64,000 bases of DNA from positions 1 through 64,000 of IMG/VR virus record IMGVR_UViG_3300007352_000001. The stretch is one strand, 5' to 3'. Below are positions 19,185-27,299 of the stretch, piece after piece (the first letter of the stretch is position 1; each line of letters begins with the position of its first letter). A program made the position numbers and the translations under genes. A model generated the notes under the pieces. That model made no database searches. It was not told where the DNA came from and saw nothing but the letters and a program-made list of their open reading frames with translations.

Positions 19185-19421
19185 GTGACCACGGAGCTGA
19201 AACGGAGCCGGTGCACGGTGCCTACCACCATCCACACCACCGCAGGCCAGTGCCACTTCGTCATGATCCCTGGCGGGTTCGTCGCCATCGTCCCTGGCCG
19301 GGTGGGTTGGTACTCGGTGCACTCTCGACAGTGCCCGGAGCCCACCGTGGATGAGCCGAACCGAGCCAGCCGATTCGCCCACGTCGACCGCGTTAGTCGC
19401 CGACTCGCCCGCAAGCGCTGA
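19185..19421 (+). CDS. small hypothetical protein with GRVGWYS motif
   Basis: GTG just after the upstream stop; motif at 19296. Confidence 0.4.
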   Translation: MTTELKRSRCTVPTTIHTTAGQCHFVMIPGGFVAIVPGRVGWYSVHSRQCPEPTVDEPNRASRFAHVDRVSRRLARKR

Positions 19422-19533
19422 CGCCACGTTGTACTGTCCTGCGTGCGGGCATCGCGGAGAGGCCCGTCGATGCAAACTCGTGTGCGCCAACCCCGCGTGC
19501 AGCGTGCAGATCATCCTGACGTGCGCGGACTGA
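19351..19533 (+). CDS. small zinc-ribbon protein
   Basis: CPACG...CKLVC....C......C. Confidence 0.5.
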   Translation: MSRTEPADSPTSTALVADSPASADATLYCPACGHRGEARRCKLVCANPACSVQIILTCAD

Positions 19534-19652
19534 TCCGCCACGAACCTGAAGTCGATCGGTCGTGCGCCGGCTGCGGGCGCATCGCCAAGAGCTGGGCACG
19601 GATGCCTCAGCCGAGCTACTGTGTCGTCTGCGCGGCACGATGGAGTGACTGA

Positions 19653-20243
19653 ATGAACCTGGCATTGGACGAGGGGCGTCAGCCCGGCCACTTCAACACC
19701 GCCAAGCGCAACGCGCGCAATGACGCGACGCGCCGCGGCCACAACCTCGGCACGTGGAACAACACGGGCTTCGGTGCGCACGTGGCGGTGTGCAAGGACT
19801 GCAACGCACAGGTGCGCGTGCGGATCACGCCCGACCAGAAGGAATCGTGGATCGAGTCGAAGCCGGCCCTGGCGACCGATTGGTCCGAGGGACAGCCAGA
19901 AGGTGGCGTCTGCCGCACGCGCAAGCCGACCTACGGCGGTGGTGGCCGCGGTGGAATGGCCGAGCACGTCATCGACGCCGTCATGAACGGCGCGGGGGTG
20001 CTCGAAGCGATCAAGGACTTCCGCACGGCCTATCCAGACGGTACCAAGGTGCCGATGACCGCCGACGATCACCGGCCGATCGGCCAGCGTCCACGTGGGC
20101 TCAACTACTCGCACCGCAAAGTGTTGAAGCAGATGCGGGCCACGGGCCGCACCGCGTACGACGACCTGCAGGCGCAGCAGAACCCTCGCCCGCATCTTCC
20201 GTGCGGAGGCTGCGGTCACCCGAACTGCGGCTACTGCGCCTGA
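19653..20243 (+). CDS. hypothetical protein with zinc ribbons and internal helical tag
   Basis: CKDC, CGGC..PNCGYC; MAEHVIDAVMNGAGV at 19956. Confidence 0.65.
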   Translation: MNLALDEGRQPGHFNTAKRNARNDATRRGHNLGTWNNTGFGAHVAVCKDCNAQVRVRITPDQKESWIESKPALATDWSEGQPEGGVCRTRKPTYGGGGRGGMAEHVIDAVMNGAGVLEAIKDFRTAYPDGTKVPMTADDHRPIGQRPRGLNYSHRKVLKQMRATGRTAYDDLQAQQNPRPHLPCGGCGHPNCGYCA

Positions 20244-20249
20244 AGGAGG

Positions 20250-20639
20250 TTGATCGTGCCGGTCAGTGACATCCGCAAGAATCACAAGGGGCACTTCTTC
20301 GATCGCGACACGATGCGGTTCTTCAAGAGCCGCGCCCATGACCGTTCGTACGAAGGCCCCGGTGGGCACTACTTCGTGACCAGCGAGCAGCAGCCGCGCT
20401 GGGGCGGTGGCCACCAGCGCCGGCACTACAAGGTGCGCAGCTACGACTCTGCGGCTGACCGCATCACCTCCGCGGGCGAGTTCCTCGGCTACAAGACCGC
20501 GCGCCGCGCGCATCGCGCTGCCTCGAAGCTCGCACTCACGCCGCGCAAGATGAAAGTCGCCGAGGCAGCCACTGCGTTGCTTGCCGGGACGCCTGTCGCC
20601 GAAGCGATTACGGCGATCGTCGAGGGCGAGCGCGAGTAG
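20250..20639 (+). CDS. conserved phage protein (HFF...TMRFF.SR type) with C-terminal helical tag
   Basis: AAGGAGG RBS; HFFDRDTMRFFKSR...YFVTSE recalled as a widespread uncharacterised phage domain. Confidence 0.7.
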   Translation: MIVPVSDIRKNHKGHFFDRDTMRFFKSRAHDRSYEGPGGHYFVTSEQQPRWGGGHQRRHYKVRSYDSAADRITSAGEFLGYKTARRAHRAASKLALTPRKMKVAEAATALLAGTPVAEAITAIVEGERE

Positions 20640-20640
20640 C

Positions 20641-22344
20641 ATGTCACTCTTTCGTAGGGCGGGGCACGCTGCCTGGATCGCTCCGTCCGGCGAAGTGCAC
20701 CCGCTCGACACCAACGAAGGCCACTGGCTCTGGGTGGAGAAGAATCGGCACCGGATTCCGGAGTCGCTCCATCGCCCGACCGCGGAGCAGACCGGCTACA
20801 ACATGATCCAGCGCGGCTGGATTCGTCAGGCAGCGCCGAACGCGTACCACATCGGCCGGCCGCAGGACGTCCGCCGCGTGCGCGATCACGTGCTCATGCA
20901 CCATCCGAAGCTGAAGACGGTCTTCGTCGATCAGATGGGCGGGCCGTCACGTGAGGTGGATGTGCACGAAGATCTCGAAGGGCTTGCTCAAGCGCGTGCC
21001 GCCACGCACCCGGCGCCGAGCGAGGCGCAGAAGCGCGCGGGCAACTACGCCAAGGGCAAGGTGCAGCTGCACGGGATGACGATCGCCATCGAGAACGCCA
21101 GGGGCTCGCTGCGCACCGGCGTCTCGAAGGCCGGAGTGCGCTGGTCGAACCGGATGAAGCACGACTACGGCTACATCCTGGGCACGCTCGGCAAGGACAA
21201 GGATCATCTCGACGCGTTCGTCGGACCGCACCACGAGTCGGAGCTGGTGCACGTCATCGACCAGTACCGTCCCGACAGCGGCGCCTTCGACGAGCACAAG
21301 ATCGTCTTCGGGGCGCGGTCAACAGCTGAGGCCAAGGACATCTACCACTCCAACTACGCGAAGGGGTGGAAAGGGCTGGGACACATCACGCCGATGCACG
21401 TCACCGAGTTCAAGGCCTGGTTGGCGCACCACAACACGATGAGCCCGATGCACGCACAGCGCCGCGCGCCGCACGACACCTTCCGCACGGTGCGCGAGGC
21501 GATCGCCGCCGTCGCGGACGGTGTCGCCCCGGCCGACGTCATCGAGTCAGGTTGGGACGATGCGGTCTATCTGCGTGGCCGGCACGGCGCGTGGCTGAGC
21601 CCGCGCGGGAACTTCCACCCGCTCCAGCGTGGCGAGCTACACAAGGACTGGGTGCACTCGCACGCCAAAGAGCTGGGCGTGAAGGTCCCCAAGCGTCCGG
21701 GCCGCACCGCACCAGGCATGGGCGACACCACCGAGGTCGAGCATGATCTTCTGCGCTCGGGCTGGGTGAAGAAGTCCGACGCCACGACGTACGAGGCGCA
21801 CTCGGCTGAGCCGCGCGTGCTGCGCAGTATCCGGCAGCACATGCGCGAGTATCACCCCGACGAGTCGCACTTCGCGTTGCAGGTCGGCAAGGTCGGGGCC
21901 GGCGCCACCGGTCACTACCTGCCGGTCTGGGAAGGCCTCGACGAGGGCGACGTCATCCGTCCGCCGGTGGCCTGGTGGAACGATCCAGTGCGCATCAAGT
22001 TGCCGATGAAGGGACAGGTGGTGCCGATCAGTCACGGCGTGCATGGCCGGACGCCCCGGCCGACCGCGACCCCCATTGACCCCGTTGCGTTCGAGAAGGG
22101 CGTTGCCAAGCTCCGCGGAGTCCGTGCGGCGCTCGACCACACTGAGCTGAGCCACCGCTCGAAGCTGCCGTGCCCGCAGTGCAAGGGGCCGACCTCCATG
22201 CGCGTGACGCGCCGCGCCACGATCCACACGTGCAAAGACGGGTGGTGCAAGCACGAGTTCACCAAGCCGCTCGCGGAAGAGCGCGAGCGCGATGCTGTCG
22301 CCGAGTGGCATCGTCGCCTCAAGCAAGCTCTCGGACAGGAGTGA
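20641..22344 (+). CDS. polyvalent-type multidomain protein: W-x-x-P-x-G domain, inorganic-pyrophosphatase-like domain, helical tag, second W-x-x-P-x-G domain, zinc ribbon
   Basis: PSEAQKRAGNYAKG...IEN..GS.R.G...DYGYI.GT.G.D.DHLD.F...FDEHK matches the polyvalent-protein InPase domain. Confidence 0.8.
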   Translation: MSLFRRAGHAAWIAPSGEVHPLDTNEGHWLWVEKNRHRIPESLHRPTAEQTGYNMIQRGWIRQAAPNAYHIGRPQDVRRVRDHVLMHHPKLKTVFVDQMGGPSREVDVHEDLEGLAQARAATHPAPSEAQKRAGNYAKGKVQLHGMTIAIENARGSLRTGVSKAGVRWSNRMKHDYGYILGTLGKDKDHLDAFVGPHHESELVHVIDQYRPDSGAFDEHKIVFGARSTAEAKDIYHSNYAKGWKGLGHITPMHVTEFKAWLAHHNTMSPMHAQRRAPHDTFRTVREAIAAVADGVAPADVIESGWDDAVYLRGRHGAWLSPRGNFHPLQRGELHKDWVHSHAKELGVKVPKRPGRTAPGMGDTTEVEHDLLRSGWVKKSDATTYEAHSAEPRVLRSIRQHMREYHPDESHFALQVGKVGAGATGHYLPVWEGLDEGDVIRPPVAWWNDPVRIKLPMKGQVVPISHGVHGRTPRPTATPIDPVAFEKGVAKLRGVRAALDHTELSHRSKLPCPQCKGPTSMRVTRRATIHTCKDGWCKHEFTKPLAEERERDAVAEWHRRLKQALGQE

Positions 22345-22346
22345 TC

Positions 22347-23822
22347 GTGAACCCAGGAGTGCGCCTCGCCATCGACTTCGCCACGCAAGGCACGCCGGTG
22401 AGCGTGCTCGCCGAGGCGCTCATCAACGAGATCACCAAGGGCCATCTGAGCGCCCTCATGGCGCACGACCCGCACGCCCTCATCTACCACCCGCAGATCG
22501 AGCAGGGCGGGGAGCGCGAGACGATCGACTGGCACACGCGCAAGAAGCGCAACCCCGGCGAGGACGTCACCCGCTACACTGACGATCTCCGTCCCGAGGT
22601 CCGTGCGCAGTTCCGCTCGCCGAAGGAAGGGGCGTACCGCAAGACCGACCTGACGGTGGTGAAGGCGCACATGGGCCACCCGCTCTACTCGCGTTCCGCG
22701 GTGGCCCCCAACCTCCACGGCAAGCCGAGCGGCCGGCCGGCGCCGTCGATCTCCGGGGAGCACCTCGACTTGATGACGCACGCGGCCAAGGGCCAGGCGG
22801 AATCGCGTCACTGGTACGAGCACATCGCGCCACACGTGCAGCGGATCTTCGACTCTCCGCACTACAAGGACTCACACATGATCATGGGCCTGCTGGCGGC
22901 GTACTCGCCGCAGACCCACCCGCACCCGAACGTCCACAAGGCACTGCGTGGCTGGCGCGATCTGATCCAGGGCAAGCCGCTGATCGGCTCGCACTCGGAC
23001 AACACCAACGCGCTGCGCGCCGCGCATGGGATGCACCTCTCGGGGCCGAAGGTCCACTGGTACAACCGCAACATGCAGCACGGCATCACGCCGACGGCGA
23101 CGACGCCGACCGGGGATCCGATCGGCTCGGTCGACCACCCGACCAACGATCGGCACATGAAGTACGCCTTCCTGCGCGACTACGACGACGAGACGGTGCA
23201 CCCAGAGCAGCACGTCGCGATCACGCAGGCGACGCGGCACGTCGCCAACAAGCTCGGCTGGGGCCAGCACCAGGCGCAGGCCGCGGTGTGGGCGCACGAC
23301 ATCCGTACCACGGGCCTGAACGATCCGTCGTTCCACACGCCGGGCTCGCCGTTCAAGAAGCTCTCGCAGCGCTACGGGGGCTACCTGCCGGTTGTCGACG
23401 ACAAGAAGCCGATCCAGGACTACGGCCAGTTCTTCCGCGAGAACGAGCACGCGCTGCGCGGCATGAAGCACGAGATGGATCAGTACCGCATGTACCACCC
23501 GAACTACCGTGAGCACGCTGGCAAGGGGACGCCGTTCCTCTTCCACCCGGCAGGTATTCGCGGCGCGGCGATCAAGTACGGCCACGAAGTCTCGGCCGAG
23601 CACTTGTCGAACGCGCGCGAGGGGAAAGCGGTCCTCACCGATCTGAAGAATCGCGACATCACCCGCACCGATCCCAAGTCGGGATGGGAGATCGGCCCGA
23701 CTTCCGGCGCCTTCACCGGTCGGAAGAAGGATGTCGTGCGGCCGAACGTGTCGTTCGTGCACCCGACGCAGAAGCGCGTCACCCGCAAGGACCTCAAGAA
23801 CCTGGAACCGGCACCGTTCTGA
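22347..23822 (+). CDS. His-rich protein with N-terminal helical tag and HhH-glycosylase-like (DUF7178-like) domain
   Basis: HWYE, LLAAYSPQ, LSGPKV, DRHM, AQAAVW motifs in order. Confidence 0.6.
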   Translation: MNPGVRLAIDFATQGTPVSVLAEALINEITKGHLSALMAHDPHALIYHPQIEQGGERETIDWHTRKKRNPGEDVTRYTDDLRPEVRAQFRSPKEGAYRKTDLTVVKAHMGHPLYSRSAVAPNLHGKPSGRPAPSISGEHLDLMTHAAKGQAESRHWYEHIAPHVQRIFDSPHYKDSHMIMGLLAAYSPQTHPHPNVHKALRGWRDLIQGKPLIGSHSDNTNALRAAHGMHLSGPKVHWYNRNMQHGITPTATTPTGDPIGSVDHPTNDRHMKYAFLRDYDDETVHPEQHVAITQATRHVANKLGWGQHQAQAAVWAHDIRTTGLNDPSFHTPGSPFKKLSQRYGGYLPVVDDKKPIQDYGQFFRENEHALRGMKHEMDQYRMYHPNYREHAGKGTPFLFHPAGIRGAAIKYGHEVSAEHLSNAREGKAVLTDLKNRDITRTDPKSGWEIGPTSGAFTGRKKDVVRPNVSFVHPTQKRVTRKDLKNLEPAPF

Positions 23823-24217
23823 TGGCCGAGTGGGAGCCGCTTCGCAAACACTGCTGGTCGATTGAGGGCCTGCCGGATGACCTCACGCTCAGTCTCGCGT
23901 GGATCAAGTCCGAACCAGGCCGCTGTGTCATCGGCTTCCGCAGCTGGGTGGATAAGCCGTCCGCGATGTTCGCCTTGCTGAAGGACTTCGCCCGCAAGCC
24001 GCTCATCATCGTGCAGTACGGGCCGTGGATGAGCGATGACCCTGACGGGGCGGTGGTGCGCCGCACGAAGGTGGCGTTCGACGAGATGAAACCGATGCCC
24101 TTCGACCTCGACTACGGTGCCGACCCACAGGCGCCGGACAAAGGTCAAACGTTCGAGTGCGTCCTGTTGACGCGCCCCGAATACACGCTCCTGCCCAATG
24201 CGCGCTCCGCGACCTGA
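23822..24217 (+). CDS. hypothetical protein
   Basis: TGATG coupling. Confidence 0.55.
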   Translation: MAEWEPLRKHCWSIEGLPDDLTLSLAWIKSEPGRCVIGFRSWVDKPSAMFALLKDFARKPLIIVQYGPWMSDDPDGAVVRRTKVAFDEMKPMPFDLDYGADPQAPDKGQTFECVLLTRPEYTLLPNARSAT

Positions 24218-24398
24218 GCAGGTCCTGCACGGCACGCTGCTCTTGCAGCGCCGGGTCACCATCGACCCACCGCTCCACGACGACGAGCCGTGGCAGATCC
24301 GTCTTCCGAACGGGAAACGGATCGCGGTCAGCGAGGAGACACTCCGTGCCTACGGCTTCGAGACACGGGCGCGTATCCCTGCCGTTGAACGCTGGTAG
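24198..24398 (+). CDS. small hypothetical protein
   Basis: 66-aa ORF in the operon. Confidence 0.45.
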   Translation: MRAPRPEQVLHGTLLLQRRVTIDPPLHDDEPWQIRLPNGKRIAVSEETLRAYGFETRARIPAVERW

Positions 24399-24427
24399 TT
24401 CGGCCCGTCCTGTGTCAGCGTCGGGCT

Positions 24428-24862
24428 ATGCCCGCCGCTGACGATCTCCAGGACTCACTCTCCACGACCAAGCGGTTGATGGAAGAGTTCGGGTTCACCA
24501 AAGAAGAGGTCCGGCAGCACTTCGAGAACGTGCAGGCGGACATGCAGCGCATGGGTGAGTCGAACGGGGAGCTTGCGGAGGCCGCTCGCTACCTCGTCGA
24601 CGAACTGCGGAAGGCGTACCCCAAGCGGGTCGGCGACTTCTCGCAGCACGGCCCCGCGTTGCCGGACGACCAGTTGCGGAAGGGGCGAGGGGATGGCGGG
24701 GCGGTACGACTGGTACAGCATTCCGAAGACGATCATTTACCACAACAACTGCCCGGACGGATTCACCGCCGCCTGGGTCGCTCACTCGAAGTTTGGCGAC
24801 CACGACGTCCAGTTCCACCCAGCCAACTTCGGCGAACCGCCGCCCGACGTCGCTGGCCATGA
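24428..24862 (+). CDS. hypothetical protein carrying the RVGDFSQHGPA tag
   Basis: Helical N-terminus; motif at about 24626; 3' part overlaps the DHH gene. Confidence 0.55.
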   Translation: MPAADDLQDSLSTTKRLMEEFGFTKEEVRQHFENVQADMQRMGESNGELAEAARYLVDELRKAYPKRVGDFSQHGPALPDDQLRKGRGDGGAVRLVQHSEDDHLPQQLPGRIHRRLGRSLEVWRPRRPVPPSQLRRTAARRRWP

Positions 24863-25520
24863 CGTCCTGATCGCGGACTTCAGCTACGCGCGCGACGTGC
24901 TCCAACTCTTGCACGGGCGCGCGAACTCGCTGCAGGTCCTCGATCACCACTTCAGCGCGGAGCAAGATCTGCGTGGCCTGCCGTTCTGTGTCTTCGACAT
25001 GGAGCGCAGTGGCGCGGGCCTCACCTGGGACACGCTCTTCCCGGACACGCCGCGGCCGTGGATCGTCGACTACATCGAAGATCACGACCTCTGGCGGTTC
25101 AAGCTGCCAGACTCCAGCGCCGTCCGTGGCTACCTCGGCAGCGTGCCGCGCACCTTCGAGGCCTACGACGCGCTGGTGCAGGTGCCACTCACCGAGGTGA
25201 TCGAGCACGGCCGCACGGTCGAGCGCTACGTCGCCAACCACGTCCGCGAGCTGGTCGACATGTTCGCCCGCCAGGTCGAGTTCGAGGGCATGCGCGTGTG
25301 GGCGATCAACCTGGGCGGACGCCTGGTGAGTGAGACCCTGCATGCGCTGAACGAGCGCTCGGCGGTGTCGGTGGCGTGGTGCCAGAAGCAAGACGGCAAG
25401 TACCTCTACTCGCTGCGGTCCAACGGAGACGTGGACGTGAGCGAACTCGCCCGCCACTACGGCGGCGGGGGCCACCGAACGGCTGCGGGCTTCCGCACAG
25501 ATCGGTGCCTCTGGCTGTAA
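24693..25520 (+). CDS. DHH/DHHA1 phosphoesterase
   Basis: YHNNCPDG, ADFS, LDHH, DHDLW, SLRS, GGGGHRTAAG. Confidence 0.93.
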   Translation: MAGRYDWYSIPKTIIYHNNCPDGFTAAWVAHSKFGDHDVQFHPANFGEPPPDVAGHDVLIADFSYARDVLQLLHGRANSLQVLDHHFSAEQDLRGLPFCVFDMERSGAGLTWDTLFPDTPRPWIVDYIEDHDLWRFKLPDSSAVRGYLGSVPRTFEAYDALVQVPLTEVIEHGRTVERYVANHVRELVDMFARQVEFEGMRVWAINLGGRLVSETLHALNERSAVSVAWCQKQDGKYLYSLRSNGDVDVSELARHYGGGGHRTAAGFRTDRCLWL

Positions 25521-25536
25521 CCCCCAAGGAGATTCG

Positions 25537-25719
25537 ATGCCCACCACGCATGAGCTAGCCGACCAGCTGCTCGACGCCATCGACAACGGCATGCCCGTCG
25601 ACGAAGCGGTCGAGGCCGCGATCAACGAAGCGCCCGCCAAGGGTCCGCGTATGATCCGGTTCGGCACGAGCAAAGAGCGCCTCGGCGCTCGCCCGATCGC
25701 ACAAGCACGCCAGCAGTAA
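25537..25719 (+). CDS. small protein made mostly of the helical tag
   Basis: AAGGAG RBS; LLDAIDNGMPVDEAVEAAINE. Confidence 0.65.
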   Translation: MPTTHELADQLLDAIDNGMPVDEAVEAAINEAPAKGPRMIRFGTSKERLGARPIAQARQQ

Positions 25720-25729
25720 GACGCAGGAG

Positions 25730-26314
25730 GTGGCGGTGGTGTGGCGGCGGTTTCTCATTCTTGCGCTACTCGTGTGCCCACGGCTCGCCCTGGGTGGTGA
25801 GCTGTACTTCGACCCGGCTGGTGCGATCCTCGACGACTGCGCCACGACGCTGAAGGGCGCGTCTACAGCCGCGCGCATCGCCGCCGTCGACTGTCCGTAC
25901 GTCAACGGCACGCAGCGCACGTTTTACTACGCCACCTGGTGGCCGGCCGGCGCGGGCGTGAACTGGACGCCGAAGGTCACCCACCAGACCAGCGCCACCG
26001 GGCGCGTGTGCTGGCGAGTACAGGCGACGGCACTGGCCGGTGCAGGCGCCTCGGGAAAGAGCCTCAACGACCTCACCTTCAGCGGCGGCGCGCTCTTCAA
26101 CACGAACTTCGCCTCGGCGAACGTATCGCTGGCAGTGACCGGCTCGTCGTTCACTCCGAAGCAGGGCGACGGGACCACCGACTGCAGCACGGTCACCTGC
26201 GCGGGCGCGCGAGTGCTGGTCAAGGTGCAGCGCGAGATGGACGACGGCAGCTGTGCGGCGACGCAGTCTGCGGTCACCGCGAACTTCCAAGGGCTGCTGC
26301 TCACGCATGACTAA
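25730..26314 (+). CDS. Cys-rich beta protein with signal peptide (paralog of the next gene)
   Basis: RRFLILALL..ALG signal; GELYFDP..CP..FYY..WT..GRVC. Confidence 0.7.
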   Translation: MAVVWRRFLILALLVCPRLALGGELYFDPAGAILDDCATTLKGASTAARIAAVDCPYVNGTQRTFYYATWWPAGAGVNWTPKVTHQTSATGRVCWRVQATALAGAGASGKSLNDLTFSGGALFNTNFASANVSLAVTGSSFTPKQGDGTTDCSTVTCAGARVLVKVQREMDDGSCAATQSAVTANFQGLLLTHD

Positions 26315-26897
26315 GTGGGCAGCGCTCGCCGTGTTCCTCTGGGCGAGCGCCGCGGGAGCGGGCGAGTACTACTTCGAGCCCGGCCAAGGACTCGTTGACG
26401 GCACGTGCAGCCGGAATGTTCGCGGCACTGGCGCCGAGCCGCGCACGCTGGTCCTCACCTGCCCCGACCATACCAGCAGCAACTTCTTCTACTACAACTT
26501 CTCGTACCCCGAGTCGGTCGGGGCTGGGTGGTCGCACATCTGGACTGGATCCTTGCAGTTTGAAGCCGTGGCACCTGGCCGCGTGTGCTTCTCGTTCTCC
26601 TTGTGGGTCATTGACGAGACGGTGCAGTCGCTCAGCAACCTGTCCCCGACGACGTTTGTGTCCTTCGCGACGCGGACCGTCTCGGCCGGTGAGGTGAACC
26701 AGACGCTCAGTGTGCCGATTGCGACGCTGCTCACCACGTTCGGTCAGAACTCCATCCCGGTTGGCTGCAACACGAACGATTGCCGCCGCCGTCGCGCCGT
26801 ATTGCGCATCGGCCGCGCGCCCAGCGCGTCGTGTGCGCCTGGACCAGCGAACACCGGTGCCATCGACCTTCAAGGGATTCGCTTGCGGTTCGACTGA
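26307..26897 (+). CDS. Cys-rich beta protein with signal peptide (paralog of the previous gene)
   Basis: MTKWAALAVFLWASAAGA signal; GEYYFEP..CP..FYY..WT..GRVC. Confidence 0.7.
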   Translation: MTKWAALAVFLWASAAGAGEYYFEPGQGLVDGTCSRNVRGTGAEPRTLVLTCPDHTSSNFFYYNFSYPESVGAGWSHIWTGSLQFEAVAPGRVCFSFSLWVIDETVQSLSNLSPTTFVSFATRTVSAGEVNQTLSVPIATLLTTFGQNSIPVGCNTNDCRRRRAVLRIGRAPSASCAPGPANTGAIDLQGIRLRFD

Positions 26898-27271
26898 TGA
26901 ACGAGGCGCGTAAGCCGCGGCGTCAGTTCCAGGTCAACGTCAACAGCCTCTGGCAGCCAGATGACTGGCAGACCGGTGCGTCGTTCTCCGTCGGCGGCAC
27001 CGGACCCGGCAAAGCCGCGCTGCAACGGATCCTGCGGGATCTCACGCCGCGCCCGAAGGGGAAGAAGAAGATGAACAACGAGAGCGCCGCAGAGGTGGTC
27101 ATCGCGCGCGTGATGAACGGCGAGCTGATCGAAGACGTGGTCGCCGAGATGACGCACTGGCCGGCAGTGCCGACCTATCGCGTTGTCCCCAAGCCGAAGC
27201 CGGCGCCGCAACCGAAGCCGCAAGTGAGTCCCAGCGCGCACGCGTCGATGCCGAAGTCGTGGGGCAAGTGA
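26897..27271 (+). CDS. hypothetical protein with internal helical tag
   Basis: TGATG coupling; MNNESAAEVVIARVMNGELIEDVVAE at 27071. Confidence 0.6.
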   Translation: MNEARKPRRQFQVNVNSLWQPDDWQTGASFSVGGTGPGKAALQRILRDLTPRPKGKKKMNNESAAEVVIARVMNGELIEDVVAEMTHWPAVPTYRVVPKPKPAPQPKPQVSPSAHASMPKSWGK

Positions 27272-27299
27272 GCGGCATCCAAGAAAGTGAGGTGGTGGG

